A program made the position numbers and the translations under genes. Below are positions 1 through 9,516 of a DNA stretch of 41,124 bases, piece after piece; the first letter of the stretch is position 1; each line of letters starts with the position of its first letter. Location of the stretch: positions 1-41,124 of the forward strand of contig CAYGWT010000331.1 in assembly GCA_964353625.1 (NCBI GenBank). The letters run 5' to 3'. Under the pieces are notes generated by a model. It saw nothing but the letters and a program-made list of their open reading frames with translations, did not search any database and was not told the origin of the DNA. The stretch is from an uncultured Candidatus Bathyarchaeia archaeon (GTDB lineage: Archaea > Thermoproteota > Bathyarchaeia > 40CM-2-53-6).

Positions 1-2
1 AG

Positions 3-3000
3 GTTGGAGACAAAGGTGATGGTACTTACTCATTAGATGTCACTGCTGAAGACAACAACGAAACCGTAGACCGTAGCTCATTTACTTCCCTTACTGATCT
101 AGTGAAGTACTTGGACAAAACCTACGGCAAACACATAACCACGAAGCTGGGCCTTGGTCAGGTTGCTAAGGCTCCTATGCCGAACCTGGTTGAGGATCTA
201 GGGCCGACTTCGTGGAAAGAAAAGGCTGACGAGATTGCTAGCGGTCAGATTATATCGGCTAGTGCAAAAGGCAGTGGCCTTTACGACGTATCCAACATCT
301 ACGATATGGATGTTAACTATACGGTTGACAAGAACATCTTTAACTTTGATGTATGGTCAACGAAGATTGGCTCGACGTACTACAGCATTAGGATTGCTCT
401 AGGCGCACCAAATTTTGATTTTCAGATCAGGCAAGTAGGGGAGGATTTCCCCCAGACAATTGCTCTTAACTACAAGTCCTGGGAGGAATTCATTTCGTTC
501 CTCGCTAGCTACGATCCAGATGTAGCCAAGCGGTTTGGCGTATATGCCGAAGCAATGGCTGCAATGACCGAGGAAGAAGGTAAGTCATCCCACTATCACG
601 CCAAGCTGCTCCAGAAGTTAAAGAAACTGTCTAGCAACTACCCAATCCAGTTTACCAAAGCTGCGGTAACTTGGGATGACAATGAAGGTGTTACCTGGAC
701 TGCATTGCTGATGGATTACAGCAAAGCCAGTCAGTTTGTCATTAAGTCATATGGGTATGATCCAAACGTTCCTTTTCAATTGATGTTGTTGCAAGACAAC
801 GAGATCTTTACCCTTGACCAGTATGGAGACGAGCACGATCTTCTTGAAGTAGTCAATGAATCGGTTCCGGAAGAGCAAGGTGCTATGCTTATGCAAGGAC
901 CCAATTCGTATGGGGAACATCTTGCTTCAGCTGTTGGTTTCAGTGCACCGAAACTTAAAACCAAAGATCCAGTCATTCCGTTTGATAATGGTACCCTGGA
1001 AGCACTCAAGGACTTCGATCAGTATGTCTCTTGGATCGACAGTCAGCTAGCGGCTAATGGTGACGTTGGTTGGTTTCGTAAAGCTACTGCAGGTATCTCC
1101 AAGTATCTGTCCAAATTGCCGCGTTTCTCCGAGTGGTACAAGAAAGCCTACTTCAAGAACAAGGATGGTACTCCTTGGATCTGGGTCCATGCTACGGCCC
1201 AGGATATTGCTAACTTCATTCCCAAGCAAGCCAACGCTATCTTCATGACGCAAGCTCCGGAGTTCTCGCAGATGTTCCATGGAATGTCTGAGAACTGGAT
1301 GGTCAACAACCTCGAGAAGGTTCTTAATCAAACTCAGCTTCAAGCCTTTCTGCTGGCTGTCAGAACCGATCCCGAGTGGGCACTCGAAGCCCAACGCAAT
1401 GGCAATGACATCAGGGTTGTTCCGCTCTCCGAATTGAAGCGGATGGATCGTTACCATAAGTATGTTTTGCAGTGGTTGCCCTCTCGACGTAACTCAATGC
1501 CTCTCGTAACCAATGTCCAGTTTGTCTGGGATTGGGAGAAGATGGAGGATGTCGAACGTCTTGCTGACGTACTCCCTTCGTGGATTGGCACTCGGTCCGA
1601 GGTCATCTACAAACTGAAGTCCGGAGACTGGCACTTCATCGAACAGAAAGAGGTTCGCCACGCCCTAGAGAATCTTGGCTATGAGGCGTTCCATACCCGT
1701 GAGGGTGAGGAAAAGCACCTCGCTGTAATGGATACAAAGAGGGTCAAGTCAGCCATCGGCAATCCGGATCTATTCGGGGATAACGATTTCCTTGTCAAGG
1801 CGGAATCTGTCGAGGATGAGCAGACAGTTGACACTACTGCCCGTGTTCCGTTCTTTGAAGGTGATAACGAGACAGTACCCATCTTTGAAAACATCAAGGC
1901 CCTGCCTATCGGTTCGTTTGTAGCTTACAAAGATAATGAAGGGACTATGCGACTTGCCGAGGTTGTTGGTACTCGTATGGGACCGCATGAGTCTGGTAAG
2001 AAGGCTTTCTACCCGAGAGTCAGGCAAGTAAGTCCTAATGGAATTGATCCTGCGAAGATGCCTCTTTTTGAGCTGCATCCGGATGAGATCGTCATACCGT
2101 TTGTACTTCCCATCGAGAAAACCAAGACCAACTTCATCAAGATGTATGGAGATCACAAACGCTGGATGGCGTACCTTACCCAACTTCGGGTCACTGGTAT
2201 GATCAATCAGCAGCAGATGGGCAAGGTCATCTCTCAGCTTCATCTTGGAGCTTCGATTAGCAAGGACTCAGTTCTTGCTGATGTGAAGTTGCCTGTGGAG
2301 ATGATTTCCGCTGATGGTATTGTAGATACGAAGGCACTGTTCAAGTGGCTCATCGAGGACGAAAAGGTTCTTGCTGAGCGGCCTGATATGGCAGCACTGG
2401 CTGGATTCCTCGCCAATCAAGTCGGCGATGTTCAGATCCGTGTAGCGATGGAAAACGGGAAGATTCTCAAAACGGTCCCGGGTAAAGATAATCAGATGGC
2501 GAACTACAATCCTGGTTCCCATACCATCACTCTTGGTCGAGAGGGTTTCCATCCTGGTGTCATTCTCCATGAGATGGTCCACGCCGCTACATACCGAGCT
2601 CTGCTTGAGTACTTCGAGATCAAAGGTACAATGACAAGTCCACGAATTCCTGTGGAACAAATGCCACCTGCAGTTCAACGTATATATCGTCAGTACTTGG
2701 CTGTTCTAAAGGTAGCAGGCTCATACAAGTATGGCAAAGAGGGTAAAAGCCAAGCTACGCTTGGAGCATCTTGGCAGTATGGTCTGATGAATCTCGGTGA
2801 GTTTGTGTCGGAGGCGATGACGAATCGTACTTTCCAGCTCGAACTTGTCAAGATAGCCGGACAACCAGAACCCAAGACCTTCAAAGAGTGGATGAAGTCT
2901 GCATGGGGTCAACTCATGCAGTCCATCGGTACTATGCTAGGGATGGACATTCCGGAAAGCTCCATGATGGCTGAGTTCCTGTACAACTTCTCATCTCTGG

Positions 3001-5888
3001 TTGAACTTCAGGAGAAGAAGAACAACACCATTGCTAGGGAACTGAGAAGGATCTACAACAATCCTTTATACTTCCGTGATATCGCACCTGATATCAACTA
3101 CATGGTTGATGGGATTGTTGCAGCTTCCCAGAGCGCAGAGAAACATGAAGCAAATGGCATCAAGGGGCAGGACGAAAATACTGCCAAAGAGAAGGTGCTA
3201 GATGCGGCTTTGGGAGATACGGTTGACTGGATCCCAGAAGATCCTGTGCTGACCGACAAGCTCAAGGAGAAGATCCTCGGTGAAGTGGATGGTGCTGATC
3301 TTACGAACTGGTACGCTGGTGGCCTACAGGCCTCTGAGGTGCGTGGCAGTACCCTGATTGGTACGATCTACCGGCTGATGGACAACGCCTCGAAGCGGGC
3401 TGAGCGGTTCAACCGTGAGTATGTCAAGCCCCTTGAGAGGCTGTGGCAACCTGTTCTACGAGATCGTCGTTTGACGAGGTTGATGCACGCCATCTTCACT
3501 ACGGAACTCAAAGCTACTACTCAGTTCACTGAGGAACAGCTCTCCCGTTGGCTGACTCCTAAGGAGATCAACTCCTACTTGGCTATGCGCCAGGTTCTTG
3601 ACCTAGCCATAGACGAGCAGAACGATGCACTGCTGCAGGTTGGACTCAAGCCCGTAACCCCGTTGGAGGCGTACTTCGCTTCCCGCTGGTCTGGTCCGTG
3701 GCGTAGCGTGATCCGCAACGCTGAAGGAAAGATAGTGTGGGTTGTGGCTGAGAACACTAAAGGCAAGGCACAAAAAGCAGTGGCTTGGCTCAAGGCCAGG
3801 AATCCTATGCTGGTCTCTGAGGAGGTCTCCTTTCACCACGCAGAAACTGGTTCGGAGAACAAACTACAGGCAGGCTACGCAGAGCTGCTGAAGATGCTGG
3901 ATCCGGGTGACAAGGACACCAACGCCCTCCGCGAGGCATGGGAAAATGCCATGGTGGGTGTGTCCGAGAACATCATGAACCAAGAGAAGCACTTCAAGAA
4001 TAAGACCGGGGTTCGTGGTTTCCGTGGGGATAGGCCTTGGGCAGACTCGTATGAGGACTCAAGAGACTTCTTCCTGGAGCAGTTCAAGTACCTGAAAGCT
4101 GCATCGGAGTGGGCATACATGCAAACTCCGCTCAAGACGGCTAAGGATATCCTGACTGATCCTGAGATCGCCCTGATGCAGAAGAACAACGTCACCTACT
4201 CTCGAGAGTATATCCGCCAGTACATGGGGTATGGTACTTCGAAGTGGGTAGACGGAATGGAGAACTCCCTGTCTGAGTGGTTTAGCTGGCTCCCGTCCGG
4301 AACTGTGGATATGGCGATCGGCTCAGCCAAGACACTGTTCTACATCTCTGCTCTTGGATACAACATGGGCTACATGATCTATGCCCTGCTGCAGCCTATG
4401 CTTGGGGCTGGGAAACACGCACGGCTCTCGACTGAGGGGTATCGTCACAATGTGGGTTGGACTCTGCTGACAAGCATTTCCTTGGGTTTGGGTGCCGTAA
4501 TGCACCACTATACCCGTCAGATGCTGTCCTATGCACAGGGTGATGTCAACCGTAAAGCCCTTGACGCTAAGATCAAGGAACTTCGGGAGAACATCAGCGA
4601 CGACAAAGATATGATGTTCTACATGGACTACATCGAAGACAACGGAATCATTGACATGTCCCCACACACGGACATTCAAGACCTGTACGTACCTGAAGGT
4701 GTTGTCTATGCACGGCGTGTTCTTGGTGCTACCACAGGCTTCGTTGAGGCGATCTCTAGGGCCATGTGCTTCTTCAGTTTCGTGGCACACCTGCACCAGT
4801 CTGGTAAGGGTTTGTCCAAGGAACAGATTGCGCAGATGGCTGATGAGGCTACCAAAGACGTCATGGCGGATTACCGACCTAACGAGCGGGCTATGATCTT
4901 CCAGAAGGCTGGCCTCTCCGGTAAGGCTCTGTCTACCCTCCAGACGTTCAAGTTCAACTGGATGTCCCAGGTGGTCAAGTACTCCAAGATGGGCTACAAG
5001 GACAGCAACTGGCGTCCGTTCCTTTCTCAGATGTCTGTCTACCTGATCCTGGCCGGTGCGCTGGGCTCGGTTGGGCTAGACGATCTGGATGATCTCTGGT
5101 ACTTCCTGCTGTCAGGGGTGGACAACAAGACCTACATGGAGTGGAAGGACAGAGGCCCGAAAGCTTTCCTTATGCGGAACCTCAATGGCTGGCTGGCCTA
5201 TGGTGCTGTGGCTCAAGCTACCGGTACCAACCTCCACACCCGGGGTAGCCTTGGTGATGTACTTCCGTGGGACCCCAACAGGGGAGCAGCGGAGAACTTC
5301 GCTAACTGGATCCCGTTTGTGGGCTCTACGTATTCCGCCGGTGCTGCTGCAGTGGCTGGAGCCAAGGAGTTCATGGGCAAGGGCAACCCGGACAACAACG
5401 CTGCAGCGATCTACAAGGGTCTGCCTGCGGCACTCAAAGGTCCGGTTGATGTCAAATCTGATATGTTCAACTACGGGGGTATGTCCCTGAGTACGGCTGA
5501 CCCAGAGCTGGGCGTCTATCGCAGGTCTGAGGAAGAGAAGACCAAGCGAATGTTCGGTCTTAGATCTCAACAAGAGTACGAAACCATGGAGGGCAGGTAT
5601 CGACACCAACGCACTGACCGCGCTATCCAGAAACGTCTGTCTGACGCCTCTGACGCATTCACTGCGTCGCTGCTGAAGGGGGATGCCCGTGCTACTAAGT
5701 ACCTCGAAGACTACATCACGTTAGGAGGTGATCCAAAGAATCTCGTCGCATCTGGCAAACTGACGGATGCTGTGCGGCGTAAGGCTCTGGATTACTCGCA
5801 GCAGTTGATGCTCAAAGCTCGCCCCGGAAACAGGGCAGCTATCCAAAGCCTAATCGACTACTACCAAAGCTACGCTCCTAACAGATGA
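3..5888 (+). CDS. Giant virion-associated (internal/ejection or polyvalent-type) protein, 5'-truncated by the window edge. It has an embedded HExxH metallopeptidase motif and a C-terminal multi-TM, Gly/Ala-rich region.
   Basis: The ORF track starts at GTG 102, but the same frame has no stop back to nt 3 (VGDKGDGTYSLDVTAEDNNETVDRSSFTSLTDL-VKYLDK), so the gene probably begins upstream of the window. HEMVH lies at 2568-2582. Hydrophobic segments occur in the last third (FYISALGYNMGYMIYALLQPML, WTLLTSISLGLGAVM, MSVYLILAGALGSVGL). The stop overlaps the ATG of the following muramidase (ATGA). Confidence 0.6.
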   Translation, partial: VGDKGDGTYSLDVTAEDNNETVDRSSFTSLTDLVKYLDKTYGKHITTKLGLGQVAKAPMPNLVEDLGPTSWKEKADEIASGQIISASAKGSGLYDVSNIYDMDVNYTVDKNIFNFDVWSTKIGSTYYSIRIALGAPNFDFQIRQVGEDFPQTIALNYKSWEEFISFLASYDPDVAKRFGVYAEAMAAMTEEEGKSSHYHAKLLQKLKKLSSNYPIQFTKAAVTWDDNEGVTWTALLMDYSKASQFVIKSYGYDPNVPFQLMLLQDNEIFTLDQYGDEHDLLEVVNESVPEEQGAMLMQGPNSYGEHLASAVGFSAPKLKTKDPVIPFDNGTLEALKDFDQYVSWIDSQLAANGDVGWFRKATAGISKYLSKLPRFSEWYKKAYFKNKDGTPWIWVHATAQDIANFIPKQANAIFMTQAPEFSQMFHGMSENWMVNNLEKVLNQTQLQAFLLAVRTDPEWALEAQRNGNDIRVVPLSELKRMDRYHKYVLQWLPSRRNSMPLVTNVQFVWDWEKMEDVERLADVLPSWIGTRSEVIYKLKSGDWHFIEQKEVRHALENLGYEAFHTREGEEKHLAVMDTKRVKSAIGNPDLFGDNDFLVKAESVEDEQTVDTTARVPFFEGDNETVPIFENIKALPIGSFVAYKDNEGTMRLAEVVGTRMGPHESGKKAFYPRVRQVSPNGIDPAKMPLFELHPDEIVIPFVLPIEKTKTNFIKMYGDHKRWMAYLTQLRVTGMINQQQMGKVISQLHLGASISKDSVLADVKLPVEMISADGIVDTKALFKWLIEDEKVLAERPDMAALAGFLANQVGDVQIRVAMENGKILKTVPGKDNQMANYNPGSHTITLGREGFHPGVILHEMVHAATYRALLEYFEIKGTMTSPRIPVEQMPPAVQRIYRQYLAVLKVAGSYKYGKEGKSQATLGASWQYGLMNLGEFVSEAMTNRTFQLELVKIAGQPEPKTFKEWMKSAWGQLMQSIGTMLGMDIPESSMMAEFLYNFSSLVELQEKKNNTIARELRRIYNNPLYFRDIAPDINYMVDGIVAASQSAEKHEANGIKGQDENTAKEKVLDAALGDTVDWIPEDPVLTDKLKEKILGEVDGADLTNWYAGGLQASEVRGSTLIGTIYRLMDNASKRAERFNREYVKPLERLWQPVLRDRRLTRLMHAIFTTELKATTQFTEEQLSRWLTPKEINSYLAMRQVLDLAIDEQNDALLQVGLKPVTPLEAYFASRWSGPWRSVIRNAEGKIVWVVAENTKGKAQKAVAWLKARNPMLVSEEVSFHHAETGSENKLQAGYAELLKMLDPGDKDTNALREAWENAMVGVSENIMNQEKHFKNKTGVRGFRGDRPWADSYEDSRDFFLEQFKYLKAASEWAYMQTPLKTAKDILTDPEIALMQKNNVTYSREYIRQYMGYGTSKWVDGMENSLSEWFSWLPSGTVDMAIGSAKTLFYISALGYNMGYMIYALLQPMLGAGKHARLSTEGYRHNVGWTLLTSISLGLGAVMHHYTRQMLSYAQGDVNRKALDAKIKELRENISDDKDMMFYMDYIEDNGIIDMSPHTDIQDLYVPEGVVYARRVLGATTGFVEAISRAMCFFSFVAHLHQSGKGLSKEQIAQMADEATKDVMADYRPNERAMIFQKAGLSGKALSTLQTFKFNWMSQVVKYSKMGYKDSNWRPFLSQMSVYLILAGALGSVGLDDLDDLWYFLLSGVDNKTYMEWKDRGPKAFLMRNLNGWLAYGAVAQATGTNLHTRGSLGDVLPWDPNRGAAENFANWIPFVGSTYSAGAAAVAGAKEFMGKGNPDNNAAAIYKGLPAALKGPVDVKSDMFNYGGMSLSTADPELGVYRRSEEEKTKRMFGLRSQQEYETMEGRYRHQRTDRAIQKRLSDASDAFTASLLKGDARATKYLEDYITLGGDPKNLVASGKLTDAVRRKALDYSQQLMLKARPGNRAAIQSLIDYYQSYAPNR

Positions 5889-6352
5889 GTCTATTTCACA
5901 AGATCATACCCTTTGTTCTGGAGCATGAAGGAGGGTACGTAAACGACAAGGATGACCCAGGTGGGGAGACCAAGTACGGGATCTCCAAGCGGGCGTTTCC
6001 TCACCTGAACATCCTGGACCTGACCCAGAAAGAAGCTATCCAGATCTACTACGACAAATACTGGAAGCACGACTGGGAACAACTCGGGTTCCCTCTAGCT
6101 GCATGTATGTTTGATACAGCAGTGAACATGGGACACTCCCGAGCCAACCACTTCCTTAAACTGTGTAGCAGGAACCACGACAACTACCTGAAGTTGAGGG
6201 CAGATCGTTACAACGAATTGATCTCCGACAATCCCACGCTCAAGAAGTTCGAGAAGGGGTGGATGAACAGGGTGGCACAACTCCGAAGGTTCATCGATGC
6301 AGGTAATGTAGGAAACTTCATTCACGGTGGAAATCGTAAGGACATAACATGA
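5885..6352 (+). CDS. GH108-type muramidase with a PG_binding_3-like C-terminus (endolysin or virion-associated lysin)
   Basis: The N-terminal motif LEHEGGYVNDKDDPGGETKYGIS is typical of glycoside hydrolase family 108. The C-terminal KGWMNRVAQL resembles the PG_binding_3 ending. It has an ATGA overlap with the upstream giant ORF. Confidence 0.85.
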   Translation: MSLFHKIIPFVLEHEGGYVNDKDDPGGETKYGISKRAFPHLNILDLTQKEAIQIYYDKYWKHDWEQLGFPLAACMFDTAVNMGHSRANHFLKLCSRNHDNYLKLRADRYNELISDNPTLKKFEKGWMNRVAQLRRFIDAGNVGNFIHGGNRKDIT

Positions 6353-6364
6353 CTAGGAGTACTA

Positions 6365-6805
6365 ATGGGAAAAGTACTGCACCCCGTGTCGGACCAGGAC
6401 AAAGAGCAACTGTACAAGTACGCCAGGAAATGGCAAGACCTTCTTTCACTCCACCGATGGAGGTTAACCCCTTCGAACTTGCCCACCAACGCCATGGCGG
6501 AGCTGAAGTTCTCCAAGGACAACTCCCACAAACTGGTGAAATTGCTGGTGGGGAAGCACTTCGGGGCGGAGAAGGTGACGGCAGCAACCCTGGAGATGAC
6601 AGCAATCCACGAGCTGATACACATCCTTCTGTACGATTACGGGGAAGTGTGCAAGGAAAGCCCATACGACACGACAAGGATAATGGAAGCTGAACACGCC
6701 ATCGTGCATGTTCTCGAAAAACTCCTCTACGAACTCTGGCACTGCAAACATGTGGAAATCACTGAAGACACTCCTGTTCATCGATCAAGAAAGAAACCAG
6801 CTTAG
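6365..6805 (+). CDS. Small HExxH protein (minimal Zn-metallopeptidase-like, SprT/ImmA-like guess)
   Basis: The motif AIHELIHILLYDYGE (HELIH) is present, with TAGGAG 5 nt upstream of the ATG. The overlapping ORF 6349..6693 looks like off-frame low complexity. Confidence 0.5.
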   Translation: MGKVLHPVSDQDKEQLYKYARKWQDLLSLHRWRLTPSNLPTNAMAELKFSKDNSHKLVKLLVGKHFGAEKVTAATLEMTAIHELIHILLYDYGEVCKESPYDTTRIMEAEHAIVHVLEKLLYELWHCKHVEITEDTPVHRSRKKPA

Positions 6806-6986
6806 CCACACCAAGTTCTGGTCTAACATCGGCTATGGGGCCATGACCTACACGTTTGTGTATGCAGTTATGTTCGGCACCACGACTGATGTAATGATCT
6901 GGGCACTGTTTGGGCTGGTGGTGATCGGCAATCGCACCATACTTCAACTTTTCCGCCCGCACAAGGACCCTAAGGATCCGGGCTAA
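6750..6986 (+). CDS. Holin-like membrane protein with two TMDs
   Basis: Two hydrophobic helices (IGYGAMTYTFVYAVMFG, VMIWALFGLVVIG) are followed by a charged tail RPHKDPKDPG. It lies downstream of the muramidase. The start is taken as ATG 6750 rather than 6708, and the SD is weak. Confidence 0.45.
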   Translation: MWKSLKTLLFIDQERNQLSHTKFWSNIGYGAMTYTFVYAVMFGTTTDVMIWALFGLVVIGNRTILQLFRPHKDPKDPG

Positions 6987-7026
6987 ACCACCCTAAACCG
7001 CAGTAACTTTCCTATAAACGACAAAA

Positions 7027-7064
7027 AGCCCCGGAGGGCGTTAACCTTCCGGGGCTATTTTTTT
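7027..7064. terminator. Bidirectional rho-independent terminator between the convergent arms
   Basis: The sequence aaaaaGCCCCGGAGGgcgttaaCCTTCCGGGGCtattttttt forms a GC stem flanked by an A-run on one side and a T-run on the other. It sits exactly where plus-strand and minus-strand genes converge. Confidence 0.7.
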
Positions 7065-7069
7065 GCCTG

Positions 7070-7261
7070 TTAGAACTGATCGTCTTCGCTACGGTTTTCT
7101 GGTAGTTTAGAGAACCAGTCAATAAGCCGAGCAATGCCATATATGGCAATGCCTGCTACTCCACCAAAGCTGATTATCTGTACTGATGTATCCCACAGAC
7201 TATACTCCACACGAACCTCCTTTGCCAGAGATGTCACAGATATCGATTTCCTCGAACTCAA
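7070..7261 (-). CDS. Small single-TMD protein (hypothetical)
   Basis: It has one TMD, VQIISFGGVAGIAIYGIARLI. The ATG at 7261 overlaps the RNR 3' end by 62 nt. An in-frame GTG at 7210 would reduce the overlap to 11 nt. Confidence 0.3.
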   Translation of the reverse strand: MSSRKSISVTSLAKEVRVEYSLWDTSVQIISFGGVAGIAIYGIARLIDWFSKLPENRSEDDQF

Positions 7262-8885
7262 CTCCTTTGTGGTGCTTAGCCTCCTCGTAGGGAACAGCCG
7301 TCAAGGGTTGACCTCCTCTACTACCATCTGGGTAACAGGTAAAGCCTCGGAGGCGAGGGGCATACTTTGCAAGTACTCGAGCAAACTTATCCACACTCCC
7401 GCTGTTATTGGCTTGTGTTCCCCAAGCAGGTAGGTTAATTGTGGAGCTGATCGACATGTCAACGTAATCTTGTACGTCGGCTTGGAACTTGATTCGTCGC
7501 TCATAGTCATTCGCTAGGTCAAGGGCAGTTTCAATTGATTCGGGTTTGACTCCGAGTTCGTTGATAAGGTGCTCTGCAGTTGCATCGACAACAAATTGAT
7601 ACTTCCACTTAGTTCCGCCAGTGAGGAAGCGACGCTTGAAAGCGACTGCGAACAGTGGCTCAATACCCGTTGTTGTGCTAGCAAGGATTCCGATCGTGCC
7701 GGTTGGAGCAATAGCGCGGTAAGCCACCGGCCTACTGATGAACAGTCTGTCACAATGTTCATTAGCTGCCCGTTCGCTTTCGTCGCGGTACACTGCCAAC
7801 CACTTTCTAAGTTCATCGTTTACCTCGTACTTAAATCCTTTCTTGAGCAGCCACTCGTGGATACCCATAAGTCCAAGTCCAATACGGCGGTTCTTCTCCC
7901 GTACTTTGTACACTTTCTCGTATGGCAGATCAGCCCGAATGGACCCGCAGATGAGGAACTTGGCCGCCAGAGTAACAACATCTTTGAGTTCTTCCAGAGA
8001 AGAAATATTGCCGAGATTGAGGCTGCCAAGATTGCATACGTCAGAATCATCTTCGCTCGTAACTTCAGTACATGCGTTACGAAGGGTTTCATTCTGCTTG
8101 TCTCCGAAGTTGAAGCTGAATCCCGGTTCCCCGGTCATCATTGCTTGACGGCAATTCTCTACAAAGGTAGCGTGTAAGTGCCGAGTATTTAAGCCCTCCG
8201 AGTCTGTAGTATTCAACCAAGAGTCGTCGTAGTTCACGCTGATGTTGGTCATGTCCAACGGAGCGTTGTGGTTGAAGTTCTCCTGCTTCGCTTGCCAGTG
8301 AGTCAGGTTTGGTGTGATGTACTGGTTGTGCCAATCTTTGGCCTTAAGGAAAAGCGGTATGTCAGGATGTTGCCAATTAAGGCTCGCGTAAATTGCGCTT
8401 CGTCGAGAGCCTCCTTGCATAACATTGCGTCCAATCCCGTTGATTGCTTCCATGAGAGGGATAGGGCCTGAAGCGACTCCTCCAGTGCGTTTAAGCACTG
8501 CACCACTCTCTCTAAACACACTGTAGTCTGCTCCAATCCCACCCCCAGTCATCAAGCAAGAACTGGCTCGCCAGAATAGATTAGCCCACTCTTCTCGTGT
8601 GTCAGCTTCACCACGAAGGAGGTAACAGTTGTTGTAGTACTTGGCATCTCTACCCGAGTAGTAGAGATATCTGCCTCCGGGAATAAACTTCTGAGTCTTG
8701 ATAAGCTCTGAGAGAAATCGCCTGTCGTCGTCAGACATAAGCTTAGATGTGGTGCCCCATCTAGATCCGCAAACGTCTTCGACAAGACGATCTGCAAGAG
8801 CATCCCAACTGTCATTTGGCCCCTGTGCATACTTATTCCTGAATATCGACACCGCGAACGGAGTCTTGAATCGTTGCACTTGCAT
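7200..8885 (-). CDS. Ribonucleotide reductase catalytic subunit (probably class II, B12-dependent)
   Basis: Catalytic-core motifs RNACTEV and VCNLGSLNLGN are present, with a C-terminal redox Cys pair CDISGKGGSCGV. The protein is 561 aa and no NrdB-like beta subunit is seen in the window. The class assignment is an inference. Confidence 0.8.
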   Translation of the reverse strand: MQVQRFKTPFAVSIFRNKYAQGPNDSWDALADRLVEDVCGSRWGTTSKLMSDDDRRFLSELIKTQKFIPGGRYLYYSGRDAKYYNNCYLLRGEADTREEWANLFWRASSCLMTGGGIGADYSVFRESGAVLKRTGGVASGPIPLMEAINGIGRNVMQGGSRRSAIYASLNWQHPDIPLFLKAKDWHNQYITPNLTHWQAKQENFNHNAPLDMTNISVNYDDSWLNTTDSEGLNTRHLHATFVENCRQAMMTGEPGFSFNFGDKQNETLRNACTEVTSEDDSDVCNLGSLNLGNISSLEELKDVVTLAAKFLICGSIRADLPYEKVYKVREKNRRIGLGLMGIHEWLLKKGFKYEVNDELRKWLAVYRDESERAANEHCDRLFISRPVAYRAIAPTGTIGILASTTTGIEPLFAVAFKRRFLTGGTKWKYQFVVDATAEHLINELGVKPESIETALDLANDYERRIKFQADVQDYVDMSISSTINLPAWGTQANNSGSVDKFARVLAKYAPRLRGFTCYPDGSRGGQPLTAVPYEEAKHHKGVEFEEIDICDISGKGGSCGV

Positions 8886-8981
8886 AGTCTTTGATATCCT
8901 CCTCGGCCTCCCGGGCCTGTAGCTCCGAGAGGCGGTGTTTCCTGGTCCTGGAATTACCCTTCAGGTGTATGATTGCTTTCT

Positions 8982-9239
8982 CTACTGGTTGTCGCTCGTC
9001 TTGGCCCATTCTACCAGCCCATTGTGTCGTGCTGCACACTCCCCATACTGCTCTAGGAGTTCAATTGAAAAAGTCAACAGATCCCCCATCGTTGTGACTG
9101 ATGGGTTCGGGACTGGGTGGCACTTCTCCATCAGTGCCGGTGGCGGCGTTGGCCGCACGAACTGCGTCGTCGAGGAGCATCCTACCAGACTCAGGCAGAA
9201 CACACTCACGATAGACAGGTTTCTCAACTTCACGAACAA
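8982..9239 (-). CDS. o-spanin (Rz1-like outer-membrane lipoprotein)
   Basis: It has a signal sequence with lipobox LSLVGC followed by a Pro-rich mature part (VRPTPPPALMEKCHPVPNPS). It starts inside the i-spanin gene in another frame and extends past its end, which is the overlapped spanin architecture. Confidence 0.8.
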   Translation of the reverse strand: MFVKLRNLSIVSVFCLSLVGCSSTTQFVRPTPPPALMEKCHPVPNPSVTTMGDLLTFSIELLEQYGECAARHNGLVEWAKTSDNQ

Positions 9240-9516
9240 CCTCCTTAGTTATCGTTCGAACACGCGTCTTCAACCGGGCAATTTCCTCTTGGTATGCAGA
9301 CTCTACTTCCGCAGTACGGGCACTCTGCTCGGCTATCAGTCGATTGTACTCCGTCACCCGGGCTACTTCCTGCTGGGCTACCTCCAACTTCAGGCTCTCG
9401 TACTTGTTGTTGCCTAATTTGTAGCCACTCCACGTACCCATCCCAAAAATCGAGATAAACACGATCGCTCCAAGACCTATCCGCACCCATAGATTAGCGC
9501 CCAGGATTGGGAACAT
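9061..9516 (-). CDS. i-spanin (Rz-like)
   Basis: It has an N-terminal TMD (WVRIGLGAIVFISIFGMGTW) followed by a long coiled-coil periplasmic domain. It contains the o-spanin start. Confidence 0.8.
   Translation of the reverse strand: MFPILGANLWVRIGLGAIVFISIFGMGTWSGYKLGNNKYESLKLEVAQQEVARVTEYNRLIAEQSARTAEVESAYQEEIARLKTRVRTITKEVVREVEKPVYRECVLPESGRMLLDDAVRAANAATGTDGEVPPSPEPISHNDGGSVDFFN

Noticed and set aside
784-801. A near match to the TGTTG-N8-CAACA motif (TGTTG-ttgcaaga-CAACG) inside the giant ORF
   Set aside because: It is a single 9/10 match with no neighbours or promoter context, which is compatible with chance.
8833-9039. A 68-aa minus-strand ORF spanning the gap between the o-spanin end and the RNR start
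   Set aside because: It overlaps both neighbours (53 nt into the RNR gene) and has no clear SD. A real small gene starting at MGQDERQ (9009) cannot be excluded, but support is too weak to call it.
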